Assembly (NCBI GenBank): GCA_045590675.1
Contig: JAZNRJ010000040.1
Span: 15,544-79,543, forward strand
Direction of reading: 5' to 3'
DNA: 64,000 nt
From: Acutalibacteraceae bacterium
Lineage (GTDB): Bacteria; Bacillota; Clostridia; Oscillospirales; Acutalibacteraceae
Made by a program: the position numbers and the translations under genes. The notes under the pieces were generated by a model, which worked only from the letters and a program-made list of their open reading frames with translations, had not been told where the DNA came from and did not search any database. Below are positions 1 through 8,872 of the stretch, one piece after another; within the stretch, counting starts at the first letter, position 1; every line of letters begins with the position of its first letter.

Positions 1-1
1 C

Positions 2-739
2 ATTTTCTGTGAAAAGCCCGTTGACCTTACACCTGAAAAAGTTAACGCTGTTATTGATGCAGTTGCAAAAGCAGGCGTAAAGCTTCAGGTTGGTTTCAAC
101 CGCCGTTTTGACCATAACTTTGCAAACGTAAGAGCTATGGTAAATGACGGCAAAATCGGTGATGTTCATATTGTTAAGATTACTTCAAGAGACCCTGCTC
201 CCCCACCGGCTGAATATTCGGCAGTTAGCGGCGGTATGTTCCTTGATATGACAATTCACGATTTTGATATGGCCCGCTTCCTTGCAGGCAGCGAAGTTAC
301 TGAAGTTTACGCAAACGCAACCTGCCTTGTTGACCCCGCAATCGGCGAAGCAGGCGATGTTGACACAGCAGTTATCAGCCTTAAGTTTGCTAACGGTGCC
401 GTTGGTGTAATTGATAACAGCAGAAGAGCTGCTTACGGTTATGACCAGAGAATTGAAGTATTCGGCAGCAAAGGTGCAGCTGTTGCATCCAACGATACCC
501 CCACAAACGTTGTATTTATGGGCGAAGACGGAGTTGTTGCTGATAAACCGCTCTATTTCTTCCTCGAAAGATATATGCAGTCATTCAGAGATGAAATGCT
601 GCAATTTGTTGAGGCTGTTATTGAGGATAAAGAAACTCCCACAACAGGAGCTGACGGTCTCAATTCAATTCTTGTTGCACTTGCAGCTAAGAAATCAGTT
701 GCCGAAGGCAGACCCGTACAACTTTCAGAAATGGCATAA
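2..739 (+). CDS. iolG: Inositol 2-dehydrogenase-like Gfo/Idh/MocA oxidoreductase (5'-truncated)
   Basis: The frame is open from base 2 (IFCEKPVDLT...QVGFNRRFDHNF) and continues into ORF 137..739 with SRDP, GGMFLDMTIHDFDMAR and YGYDQRIEVFGSKG, all typical of IolG. Confidence 0.85.
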   Translation: MFCEKPVDLTPEKVNAVIDAVAKAGVKLQVGFNRRFDHNFANVRAMVNDGKIGDVHIVKITSRDPAPPPAEYSAVSGGMFLDMTIHDFDMARFLAGSEVTEVYANATCLVDPAIGEAGDVDTAVISLKFANGAVGVIDNSRRAAYGYDQRIEVFGSKGAAVASNDTPTNVVFMGEDGVVADKPLYFFLERYMQSFRDEMLQFVEAVIEDKETPTTGADGLNSILVALAAKKSVAEGRPVQLSEMA

Positions 740-747
740 AAACAAAT

Positions 748-790
748 TAACGGAGACACTTCAATCAGAAGAGTCTCCGTTATTTTTTTA
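748..790 (+). terminator. Intrinsic terminator between convergent genes
   Basis: AACGGAGAC...GTCTCCGTT stem followed by a T-rich tract. Confidence 0.75.
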
Positions 791-1291
791 TAATCCGATT
801 GCACCGAGCAGCCCATAAGAGAATACGGACATAATAAGGTTGGCAATCAATACACCCAAGGCAATGATAGGGAAAGATATTTTAATTCTTATATCAAGCA
901 AAGCAGCAATTAAAGCTCCGGTCCAACCGCCTGTGCCGGGCAGAGGAATTGCAACAAAAGCCAGCAATCCCCAATTGCTCCAACGTTTAACCTTATCACT
1001 CTTTTTAAGAGAACGTTCTTCAAGTTTAACAACAAACTTTCCTATTTTAGGGAAACGCTTGAGAAATTGAAAAATCTTTCTGATAAATAAAAGAATAAAA
1101 GGTATCGGAAGAATATTGCCGAGATAACAAATCAGAAATGCCCTGAAAAACTCAACATCAAGAAGCTTTGCAGCTATCATTCCGCCTCTGAGTTCAAGAA
1201 TAGGGAACATAGAAATTATAAAAATAATTAATTCTTTCGGAACGGTGTTCTCAAACAAATCAACCAAAAAATTAGCAAGCGTTTCTGTCAT
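788..1291 (-). CDS. Small multi-drug export family (COG2426-like) membrane protein
   Basis: ISMFPILELRGG and FVAIPLPGTGGWTGAL motifs, four hydrophobic segments. Confidence 0.85.
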   Translation of the reverse strand: MTETLANFLVDLFENTVPKELIIFIISMFPILELRGGMIAAKLLDVEFFRAFLICYLGNILPIPFILLFIRKIFQFLKRFPKIGKFVVKLEERSLKKSDKVKRWSNWGLLAFVAIPLPGTGGWTGALIAALLDIRIKISFPIIALGVLIANLIMSVFSYGLLGAIGL

Positions 1292-1294
1292 TTA

Positions 1295-2041
1295 TTATTC
1301 CTCTTCTTTAATAATATTTTGCTGAACAAGAAAATCGTGAGCACTTTGAAGAATGTTACGGTCATTAATAAACCTTAATGTATCAAGAGCTTTTTCATAA
1401 CTAAGCCATATATAATCCTCAATTTCTTCACGCTGAATTGTTGTTTGAGTGTCTTTGGTTTTAGCGAGAAAAATTGTAACGCTCTTTTCAACTCTGCCCT
1501 GAATTGTATATTCAGATTTTGAAGCAAATTGAGGCAAAATCTGAATATGAATTCCGGTTTCTTCAAGAACCTCTCTAATTGCAGTCTGCTCAAAGGTTTC
1601 ACCCTTTTCAACATGGCCCTTGGGGAATCCCCAATGAGTGCTTCGTCTGTTTTTAATCAGAAGGTATCTGATTTCATTGTTAATCGTTCTGTAAACAACC
1701 GCACCGCACGAACGTTCATAAAGACATTCAAGCTTATAGTCCCTGCCTTTTTCTGCAAAAGCGACTGCATCTTCAATCTGATAAGAAATAAAGCGCATAC
1801 TTTTAGGAGCTACAACATAAACAGTCGGGCTGCCATCCGATCTTTTAATAGCTGCAATCACTCTGCCGTCAAAGGTTCTGACAGGATGATTAATACCCAT
1901 GATATACGCTCCGTGAGAAACGTTATCATAACGCTTTTTGCCTTCAATTGCACCGAAGTTCAACTGATAAGTAAAACCGAACTGCCTGTTTACGGAGCGG
2001 ATTGGGTTAGTAACCCTAACTCTGACATATTTGCCGAGCAT
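1295..2041 (-). CDS. Fusion of an inorganic-pyrophosphatase-like N-terminal domain and a NUDIX (Ap4A hydrolase-like) domain
   Basis: Intact NUDIX box GHVEKGETFEQTAIREVLEETGI with upstream WGFPKG; N-terminal MLGKYVRVRVTNP...Y.LNFG.IEG resembles the small clostridial PPase-like family; start moved to ATG 2041 behind an AAAGGTG RBS. Confidence 0.75.
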   Translation of the reverse strand: MLGKYVRVRVTNPIRSVNRQFGFTYQLNFGAIEGKKRYDNVSHGAYIMGINHPVRTFDGRVIAAIKRSDGSPTVYVVAPKSMRFISYQIEDAVAFAEKGRDYKLECLYERSCGAVVYRTINNEIRYLLIKNRRSTHWGFPKGHVEKGETFEQTAIREVLEETGIHIQILPQFASKSEYTIQGRVEKSVTIFLAKTKDTQTTIQREEIEDYIWLSYEKALDTLRFINDRNILQSAHDFLVQQNIIKEEE

Positions 2042-2257
2042 TTTAACCACACCTTTCAAAAGGTCATTTTGACCCAAGATAAATACTGATTAATTATACT
2101 AAATAATTACAATTAAAACAATAGTTTTTTAAAAAAAATTTACAACTTGAAAATGCAGTATTAATGTTTCAAAAATAACATTTAAATTATCACTTTAAAC
2201 TTGATTTAAATATATGATATATGTTAAAATATATTAAATATATTTATAGGTGATATT

Positions 2258-2935
2258 ATGAAAAAAATTCTTATTGCCGATGATGAAGCTCTCATCAGAA
2301 GGCTTGTGTGTGATTTTTTAAAAAATGCCGGATTTGAAACAATTGAAGCCATAAACGGCAGAGAGGCAATTGAACTTTTTAACAGAAACGCCGATATTTC
2401 GCTTGTTATCTGTGACATTATGATGCCGGAAGCAGACGGTTGGGAAGTTTGCAAAACAATCAGACAAACCAGTAATGTGCCTATTCTTATGTTAACAGCC
2501 AGAAGCCAGGAATTTGACGAGCTTATGTCGTTTGAATCCGGAGCTGATGATTTTGTTACAAAACCGTTCAGTCCTTCAATATTGGTAAAAAGAGTTGAAG
2601 CACTGCTTAAACGTTCTAACATTGCCAGCAGCAACCAAAATGAAATAATAAAAATCAATGCTTTGACTCTCGATAAAGCAGCACATACTGTAACAATTGA
2701 CGGAAATCATCTTGAGTTGACCTACAAAGAATTCAATATTCTGCTTAAACTTGCTTCAAATAAAGGCAGAATATATTCAAGAGATGCTTTGCTTGATGAT
2801 ATTTGGGGGCTTGATTTTGCAGGTGACCCGCGCACAGTTGACTCTCACGTTGCAAGACTCAGAACAAAGCTTGGCAGCTGGGGCGAAGCACATTTAAAAA
2901 CCGTTTACGGCGTAGGTTACAAAATTGAGGTGTAA
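2258..2935 (+). CDS. OmpR-family response regulator
   Basis: ILIADDE, phospho-acceptor ICDIMMP, GADDFVTKPF and winged-helix RTVDSHVARLRTKL. Confidence 0.95.
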   Translation: MKKILIADDEALIRRLVCDFLKNAGFETIEAINGREAIELFNRNADISLVICDIMMPEADGWEVCKTIRQTSNVPILMLTARSQEFDELMSFESGADDFVTKPFSPSILVKRVEALLKRSNIASSNQNEIIKINALTLDKAAHTVTIDGNHLELTYKEFNILLKLASNKGRIYSRDALLDDIWGLDFAGDPRTVDSHVARLRTKLGSWGEAHLKTVYGVGYKIEV

Positions 2936-2940
2936 ATAAC

Positions 2941-4449
2941 TTGAAAAAAGGTCAGGTTAAATTAAAGTTAAGCAAAATCAGAATAAAAGTTTTTGCAGCA
3001 GTATGCAGTATGCTCATACTGCTTTTCCTGCTTATCTTCACTTTCAGTTCACCTGCCCTTTTCAACACCTTTACTTACAGAACATACAATCAACTTAATA
3101 AAATCGGTGAAGATATTAATAAATGCTCCCCCGGTTCCGTAACTTATCTCTTTGACCTTAATTCAATTGCAGTTAACAACAACGTTGACTTTGAAATTGT
3201 GAACTCTGAACAAATTGTTTCCTACTCTACAATCACAAGCGAAATTCAGAGTGGTGAATCGCTCAATCCTCAATCCGAGTTTTCAACAATGCTTGAAACC
3301 GATAAATATAATATTTACATAGATAGTGAAGAATTTGAAATTCGTCAGAGGCCTGCAACCAATGCTTATTATTATATTTTGCATTATCCTCTGCAAACCG
3401 GTGAAACTGCATATATCTATTCAGAGGTTGCAGATGTTGAAAGCATTGTTTTTGTAGCCGGCAGAGTTTTTACTTTTATTTCAGTTCTCACACTTATACT
3501 TTTCACTTTAATTTTCTATCTGCTTGTTGCCAAATTCACAAAACCTCTTGTTGAAATGAATGATATTACAAAGGATATGGCAGCCCTTAACTTTGAAAGA
3601 AAATGTAAAAACTACGGCAGCGACGAAATCGGCGAGCTCGGTATAAGCATCAACACTCTGTCAGATACACTTGATGCAACGTTGCTTGATCTCAAAGATA
3701 AAAACGAACAGCTTGAAAAAGATATAGAAAAGCAACAAGCTCTTGATAATGCCCGCAAATCATTTATTGACAATGTTTCGCACGAATTAAAAACTCCTAT
3801 TGCTATTATTTCAGGTTATGCGGAAGGTGTCAGCCAAGGGATAAGCGACGATCCCGAAGTTATCAAAGAATATTGCAACATTATCAATGATGAAAGCAAA
3901 AAAATGAACACCCTTGTACTTGAGCTTCTTGAACTTTCCAAACTTGAAAACAGAGTTCAGCCTTTTATGCCTGAGTACTTCAATATAGGCCGTTTGGTTT
4001 CTTCATTAATAAATCACCTGAAGCTTCAGTTCGACCAAAAATCAATCACAATTAAAAACAATCTGCCTGAAGAGTTAAAATGTTACGGTCAGATTGATAA
4101 AATTGAAATTGTATTAAAAAATTATATTACCAACGCAATCGCTCATTGCAGCGGTGAAAAAATAATAGAAATAGGTTATACTGACAAAGCCGAATGCTAT
4201 GAAATCAGCGTTTTCAACACCGGTGAAAATATCAGCGATGCTGATATAAAAGAAATTTGGGACAGTTTTTTTCGAGCCGACAAATCTCATGCCCGCAGCG
4301 AAAACCGTTTCGGTCTCGGCCTTTCAATTGTCAGAAGCATAATGGATAAACACAATTGTAAATACGGCGTTAAGAATGTAAGGAACGGCGTTGTGTTTAC
4401 GTTCGAAATACCTAAGGAAGCTGATTATTATGATAAAGATGAGCAATAA
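2941..4449 (+). CDS. HAMP-domain sensor histidine kinase
   Basis: Two TM segments, HAMP (DEIGEL), H-box SHELKTP, N-box NYITNAI, F-box FFRADKSH and G2 GLGLSIV; TTG start. Confidence 0.93.
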   Translation: MKKGQVKLKLSKIRIKVFAAVCSMLILLFLLIFTFSSPALFNTFTYRTYNQLNKIGEDINKCSPGSVTYLFDLNSIAVNNNVDFEIVNSEQIVSYSTITSEIQSGESLNPQSEFSTMLETDKYNIYIDSEEFEIRQRPATNAYYYILHYPLQTGETAYIYSEVADVESIVFVAGRVFTFISVLTLILFTLIFYLLVAKFTKPLVEMNDITKDMAALNFERKCKNYGSDEIGELGISINTLSDTLDATLLDLKDKNEQLEKDIEKQQALDNARKSFIDNVSHELKTPIAIISGYAEGVSQGISDDPEVIKEYCNIINDESKKMNTLVLELLELSKLENRVQPFMPEYFNIGRLVSSLINHLKLQFDQKSITIKNNLPEELKCYGQIDKIEIVLKNYITNAIAHCSGEKIIEIGYTDKAECYEISVFNTGENISDADIKEIWDSFFRADKSHARSENRFGLGLSIVRSIMDKHNCKYGVKNVRNGVVFTFEIPKEADYYDKDEQ

Positions 4450-6682
4450 AAATTTAATAAGAATTTTAAAAATTTTAAGCTTTATTCTTTGCTTGAGCGT
4501 AACAACCTCAACACTCACCTCTTGTTCATCGGATAACGAATACGGCGTTATGACAATAAACCGTGTAGAATCAAGAAATACTATATCTAATTTATCTGAA
4601 AACAAAGAAATTCATTACTCAAAAAGCAAAAGCTCGTTCACTCAAAAAGTTGCATCTTCCGGTCTTATTGATCTTTATATCGACCCTGAAACGAACTCGC
4701 TCGGTATCTACGATACAAGCCTTGACCAGTTTTGGACAGCTTTGCCGTTGCTTGACGGTTTAACACAAGGTGAAAAAAAGCTTAGCGAAGCTAGTATGGT
4801 TTCAATCAAAGTAATCGGCGGCACTGATATTTACGAGCTTAATTCTCAAGATAATTCACTGGAATACGGTAAAGCCTCATACTCTTTGACCGAAAACGGT
4901 GCATTATTCACTTTTGATATTTTTCCTGACAAAAAAACCGCTGAAAAATCCAAGTATTCCAAAACAGATATAGGCTTCAGAATTAACGTTGATGTCACTC
5001 TAAAAGACGGTAGTATGATAGTTAATTCCTTTTTTGAAAACATTACCGGAAACGATGAAGCAAAAATAGAAAGCATAGATATACTCAACTATTTCGGTGC
5101 TTATAACGATACTAAAGAGAACGACTTTATGCTGGTGCCTGACGGTTGCGGTGCAATAATTAAAACCTCAGTTTACGATGAATCATTTGAAAACCTCTCA
5201 TTTGCTGTTTACGGTAACGACCCCTCAATTTCCGATTCCGCAGACTCAACGGCAACAATTCCAGCTTTTGGAATTAAACACGGAAAAAGTGCATTTATTT
5301 CATTGATTCAAAAAGGCGATGCAGTTGCAACAATCAAAGCTGAAAAAGCCAAGACTTTAAGTGAATACAATCGCATTTACACCAGCTTTACGATAACACC
5401 GGTAGTTTATGAAAACAATACCCTGTACATTTCAAAAAAGCAAACAGTTGAAGATATGTCGCTTTGTTACCGTTTTCTTTCCGGCAACAATGCAACTTAT
5501 GCCGGCCTTGCATCCGCATGCAGAGAACAGCTTATAAGAAACTCTGTTCTTTCAACAAAAACCGCTGAAACGGATAATTATCTCCCCTTCTTTCTAACCG
5601 TAAGCGGTGCAGGCACAAAAAAAACAAATGCATTTCAACACACCTCAGCACTAACAACTTTTGAACAAGCTCAAGATATGCTCAGCCGTATGAAAAGCAA
5701 AGGAATAAACAACATAAATCTTCGTTATTGCGGCATATTCGGTGGCGGTGTAAATTCACGCGACATTAACTCAGCAAATATTCTAAACCGTTTAGGCGGA
5801 GAAAAAGAGCTGAATAATCTTTATAACTACATTTCTGCTCAAAAAATGAGTTTGTTCATTGACATTAACCTTTTATCGTCTTCAAGCGGATTTACTTCTG
5901 AGAATGCTGTTAATCTTAATAAAAAAAGCGGTAAATACACTCCTCAAGTATCTGTCGACGATTTTATGGGCACAAAGATTTCCGAAAGAAAATACAGAAA
6001 AACAGATACGCTTAACAAGACAGTTATAAATGTTTTATCCAAGTTCCGCGACTATTCATTTTCAGGTTTTTCTCTTAACGATGTCGGTTCACTCCTCTAT
6101 TCAGACTTTTCAGATAGCGGTTTTCTTAGACAAGAAGCGGCTGAAATAATCAAAAGCTCAATTTCAACCCTTTCAACCGGCAAAAAAACAATGGCTGTTT
6201 TCGGCAACTTTTATATGCTTAAGAATATTGACTCAATTATCAATCTGCCCTTGAGTGCCAAAGCTGCAAACAGCGGTGCCTATATTTCAGTACCTTTTGT
6301 TCAGTTAGTCCTTCACGGTATAGTTAATTATGCCGGTGAACCTATAAATACTCGCAGCAATCCCGAAGAAACACTGCTCAAACACATTGAATACGGTGCT
6401 TGCCCGCATTTTTCGTGGAATTATAACAGCAGAGGTATTGAAGAAAACGATTTATATTTTTACGACAACACAATTAACTATGCTGCTGAATTTTACACAA
6501 CATCTAATGAGCTTCTCAATGATTTAAGAGATGCAAGAATAACAGACCATTACGAAGTTCAGGACGGTGTTTTCTGCACTGAATACGATACCGGAACAAT
6601 GATATATGTTAATTACACCGATACGGATTGTCCGATTCACGGTATAGTTGTTGAAGCCAGCGGATTTTTCAGAGTTAACTGA
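4439..6682 (+). CDS. Large exported lipoprotein, DUF5696-like
   Basis: Signal peptide ending in LTSC; LVPDGCGAII and LVLHGIVNYAGEPIN...YGACPHF...TEYDTG..IYVNYT match my recollection of DUF5696; the ATG overlaps the kinase 3' end. Confidence 0.65.
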   Translation: MSNKNLIRILKILSFILCLSVTTSTLTSCSSDNEYGVMTINRVESRNTISNLSENKEIHYSKSKSSFTQKVASSGLIDLYIDPETNSLGIYDTSLDQFWTALPLLDGLTQGEKKLSEASMVSIKVIGGTDIYELNSQDNSLEYGKASYSLTENGALFTFDIFPDKKTAEKSKYSKTDIGFRINVDVTLKDGSMIVNSFFENITGNDEAKIESIDILNYFGAYNDTKENDFMLVPDGCGAIIKTSVYDESFENLSFAVYGNDPSISDSADSTATIPAFGIKHGKSAFISLIQKGDAVATIKAEKAKTLSEYNRIYTSFTITPVVYENNTLYISKKQTVEDMSLCYRFLSGNNATYAGLASACREQLIRNSVLSTKTAETDNYLPFFLTVSGAGTKKTNAFQHTSALTTFEQAQDMLSRMKSKGINNINLRYCGIFGGGVNSRDINSANILNRLGGEKELNNLYNYISAQKMSLFIDINLLSSSSGFTSENAVNLNKKSGKYTPQVSVDDFMGTKISERKYRKTDTLNKTVINVLSKFRDYSFSGFSLNDVGSLLYSDFSDSGFLRQEAAEIIKSSISTLSTGKKTMAVFGNFYMLKNIDSIINLPLSAKAANSGAYISVPFVQLVLHGIVNYAGEPINTRSNPEETLLKHIEYGACPHFSWNYNSRGIEENDLYFYDNTINYAAEFYTTSNELLNDLRDARITDHYEVQDGVFCTEYDTGTMIYVNYTDTDCPIHGIVVEASGFFRVN

Positions 6683-6711
6683 TTCATTTACAATTAAAGG
6701 AGTTTTTAATT

Positions 6712-7056
6712 ATGCCTTATATCAGAACTACAGTCAGCAAAGAAATAACTGACCAGGTAAAAGATAATCTTAAAAAGAAACTTGGAAACGCAATTGCACT
6801 TATCCCCGGTAAAAGCGAAAGTTGGCTTATGCTTGCTTTTGAAGATAACGTTAATATGTATTTCAAAGGTGAATGTGACGAGGACTATGCGTTCCTTCAG
6901 GTCAGCATTTTCGGCACAACATCAGACGCTGCATATGACCGCCTGACAGCCGCACTCACCGAAATTATTGCCGAAGAACTCGCAATTAAACCTCAAAACA
7001 TCTATATAAAATATGACGAAGCTGAACATTGGGGTTGGAATTCCGCAAACTTTTAA
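6712..7056 (+). CDS. MIF/tautomerase-family protein
   Basis: Met-Pro start (catalytic Pro1), [10 protein letters not shown] and C-terminal WGWN; 114 aa. Confidence 0.85.
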   Translation: MPYIRTTVSKEITDQVKDNLKKKLGNAIALIPGKSESWLMLAFEDNVNMYFKGECDEDYAFLQVSIFGTTSDAAYDRLTAALTEIIAEELAIKPQNIYIKYDEAEHWGWNSANF

Positions 7057-7058
7057 CT

Positions 7059-7412
7059 ATGATTAATTTAAAACACGAAAAATTATTGGTTGCTACAGGA
7101 TTGTTTTTATTGTTTGTTTATTTCTCAACACTAATCACAGAATCTCCTGTATTTCAGCCATGCAATGCAGATTTAATTCAGGATTATCATAAAACAAATA
7201 TTATCAACCAATATGAATCTGAAAAAATTAATATCAATACCGCATCTAAAGAAGAACTTGCGCAACTTCACGGCATAGGTTCATCAAAATCAAATGCAAT
7301 AATTGAGTACAGAAATACTAACGGTAATTTCAGAAACATTGCTGAGCTTTTAGACGTTGAAGGCATCGGTCCAAAAATTTTTGAAGCAAACAAACATCTG
7401 ATTACCGTATAA
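7059..7412 (+). CDS. ComEA-like helix-hairpin-helix DNA-binding membrane protein
   Basis: One N-terminal TM segment, then [39 protein letters not shown]. Confidence 0.85.
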   Translation: MINLKHEKLLVATGLFLLFVYFSTLITESPVFQPCNADLIQDYHKTNIINQYESEKININTASKEELAQLHGIGSSKSNAIIEYRNTNGNFRNIAELLDVEGIGPKIFEANKHLITV

Positions 7413-7429
7413 AAACCGGAGTAATTATT

Positions 7430-8824
7430 ATGAACAGAATTGAAATTAAAAATCTTTATTCATCACCTGATGTTTACGCAGACAAAGACGTTACCGTTTG
7501 CGGCTGGGTTAAAACTCTCAGAGACTCAAAAGCCATAGGATTTATTGAAATTAACGACGGCAGTTCTTTTAAAGGCGTTCAGGTTGTTTTTGAAGCAGCA
7601 AAGCTTGACAACTATAAAGACATTGCAAAGCTTAATGTCGGCTCTGCAATCAGAGTTAAAGGCAAGCTTTTGCTGACGCCTCAGGCTAACCAGCCATTTG
7701 AAATCAACGCCGACGAAATTTCAGTTGAAGCCCTTTCAACCCCTGACTATCCCCTGCAAAAGAAAAGACATTCGCTTGAATTTTTACGAACCATTGCACA
7801 TCTCAGACCCAGAACAAACACATTCAACGCAGTTTTCCGTATCCGTTCCGTTGCTGCGTATGCAATCCATAAGTTTTTCATTGACCAAGGCTTTGTTTAT
7901 GCACACACGCCTCTTATTTCTTGCAGCGACTGCGAGGGTGCCGGCGAAATGTTTAAGGTAACAACTCTTGACCTTGAGAATGTTCCGAAAAACGAAGAAG
8001 GAAAAATTGATTATTCTGAAGATTTCTTCCAAAAGCCCGCTTATCTTACCGTTTCAGGCCAGCTTCAGGCTGTAACAATGGCTCTTGCATTCGGCAAGGT
8101 TTACACATTCGGCCCCACATTCAGAGCTGAAAAGTCCTATACTCAGCGCCACGCAGCAGAATTCTGGATGATTGAGCCTGAAATGGCTTTTGCAGAGCTG
8201 AGCGACGATATGGACGTTGCTGAAGCGATGATAAAATATGTTATCAAATATGTTCTTGACAACTGCTCGTCTGAGCTTGAATTTTTAAACAAGTTCATAG
8301 ATAAAGAACTGATTGAAAGACTTACTACCGTTGCAAATTCAGATTTCGGCAGAGTTACTTATACCGATGCAATAAAAATGCTTGAAGAATACAACTCAGA
8401 ATTTGAATATAAAGTCAGTTGGGGCTGCGATTTACAAACAGAACACGAACGCTACCTGACAGAAAAAATATTCAAAAAACCTGTTTTTGTTACCGATTAC
8501 CCCAAAGAAATCAAAGCATTTTATATGCGTCTCAACGATGACGGCAAAACCGTAGCCGCTTGCGACTGCCTCGTTATGGGAATTGGCGAAATCATCGGCG
8601 GCAGCCAGAGAGAAGAAAGACTTGATGTTTTGGAAAGCCGCATAACAGAGCTTGGATTAAAACCCGAAGATTACAGCTGGTATCTTGATTTAAGAAGATA
8701 CGGCGGTGTTAAGCACAGCGGATTCGGCCTTGGTTTTGAGCGACTTATTATGTACCTCACAGGTATTTCAAACATCAGAGATGTTCTCCCCTTCCCCAGA
8801 ACAACCGGTTCTGCAGATTTTTAA
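7430..8824 (+). CDS. asnS: Asparagine--tRNA ligase
   Basis: N-terminal OB fold, motif 2 [28 protein letters not shown] and motif 3 GFGLGFERL. Confidence 0.97.
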   Translation: MNRIEIKNLYSSPDVYADKDVTVCGWVKTLRDSKAIGFIEINDGSSFKGVQVVFEAAKLDNYKDIAKLNVGSAIRVKGKLLLTPQANQPFEINADEISVEALSTPDYPLQKKRHSLEFLRTIAHLRPRTNTFNAVFRIRSVAAYAIHKFFIDQGFVYAHTPLISCSDCEGAGEMFKVTTLDLENVPKNEEGKIDYSEDFFQKPAYLTVSGQLQAVTMALAFGKVYTFGPTFRAEKSYTQRHAAEFWMIEPEMAFAELSDDMDVAEAMIKYVIKYVLDNCSSELEFLNKFIDKELIERLTTVANSDFGRVTYTDAIKMLEEYNSEFEYKVSWGCDLQTEHERYLTEKIFKKPVFVTDYPKEIKAFYMRLNDDGKTVAACDCLVMGIGEIIGGSQREERLDVLESRITELGLKPEDYSWYLDLRRYGGVKHSGFGLGFERLIMYLTGISNIRDVLPFPRTTGSADF

Positions 8825-8831
8825 ACAAAAA

Positions 8832-8872
8832 GAACTCCGACAGATTCAACAATCTGCCGGAGTATTATTTTT
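8832..8872. terminator. Probable bidirectional terminator
   Basis: ACTCCG.CAGATT/AATCTG.CGGAGT stem flanked by A and T tracts between convergent genes. Confidence 0.7.

Noticed and set aside
1529-2089. 186-aa plus-strand ORF
   Set aside because: Antisense shadow of the NUDIX fusion gene.
4200-4240. Kinase G1 box D-to-N change as a sign of a pseudokinase
   Set aside because: The H, N, F and G2 boxes are intact, and NTG-type G1 boxes occur in other clostridial kinases as far as I recall.
7413-7429. T-box leader for asnS
   Set aside because: Only 17 bp separate asnS from the upstream gene.
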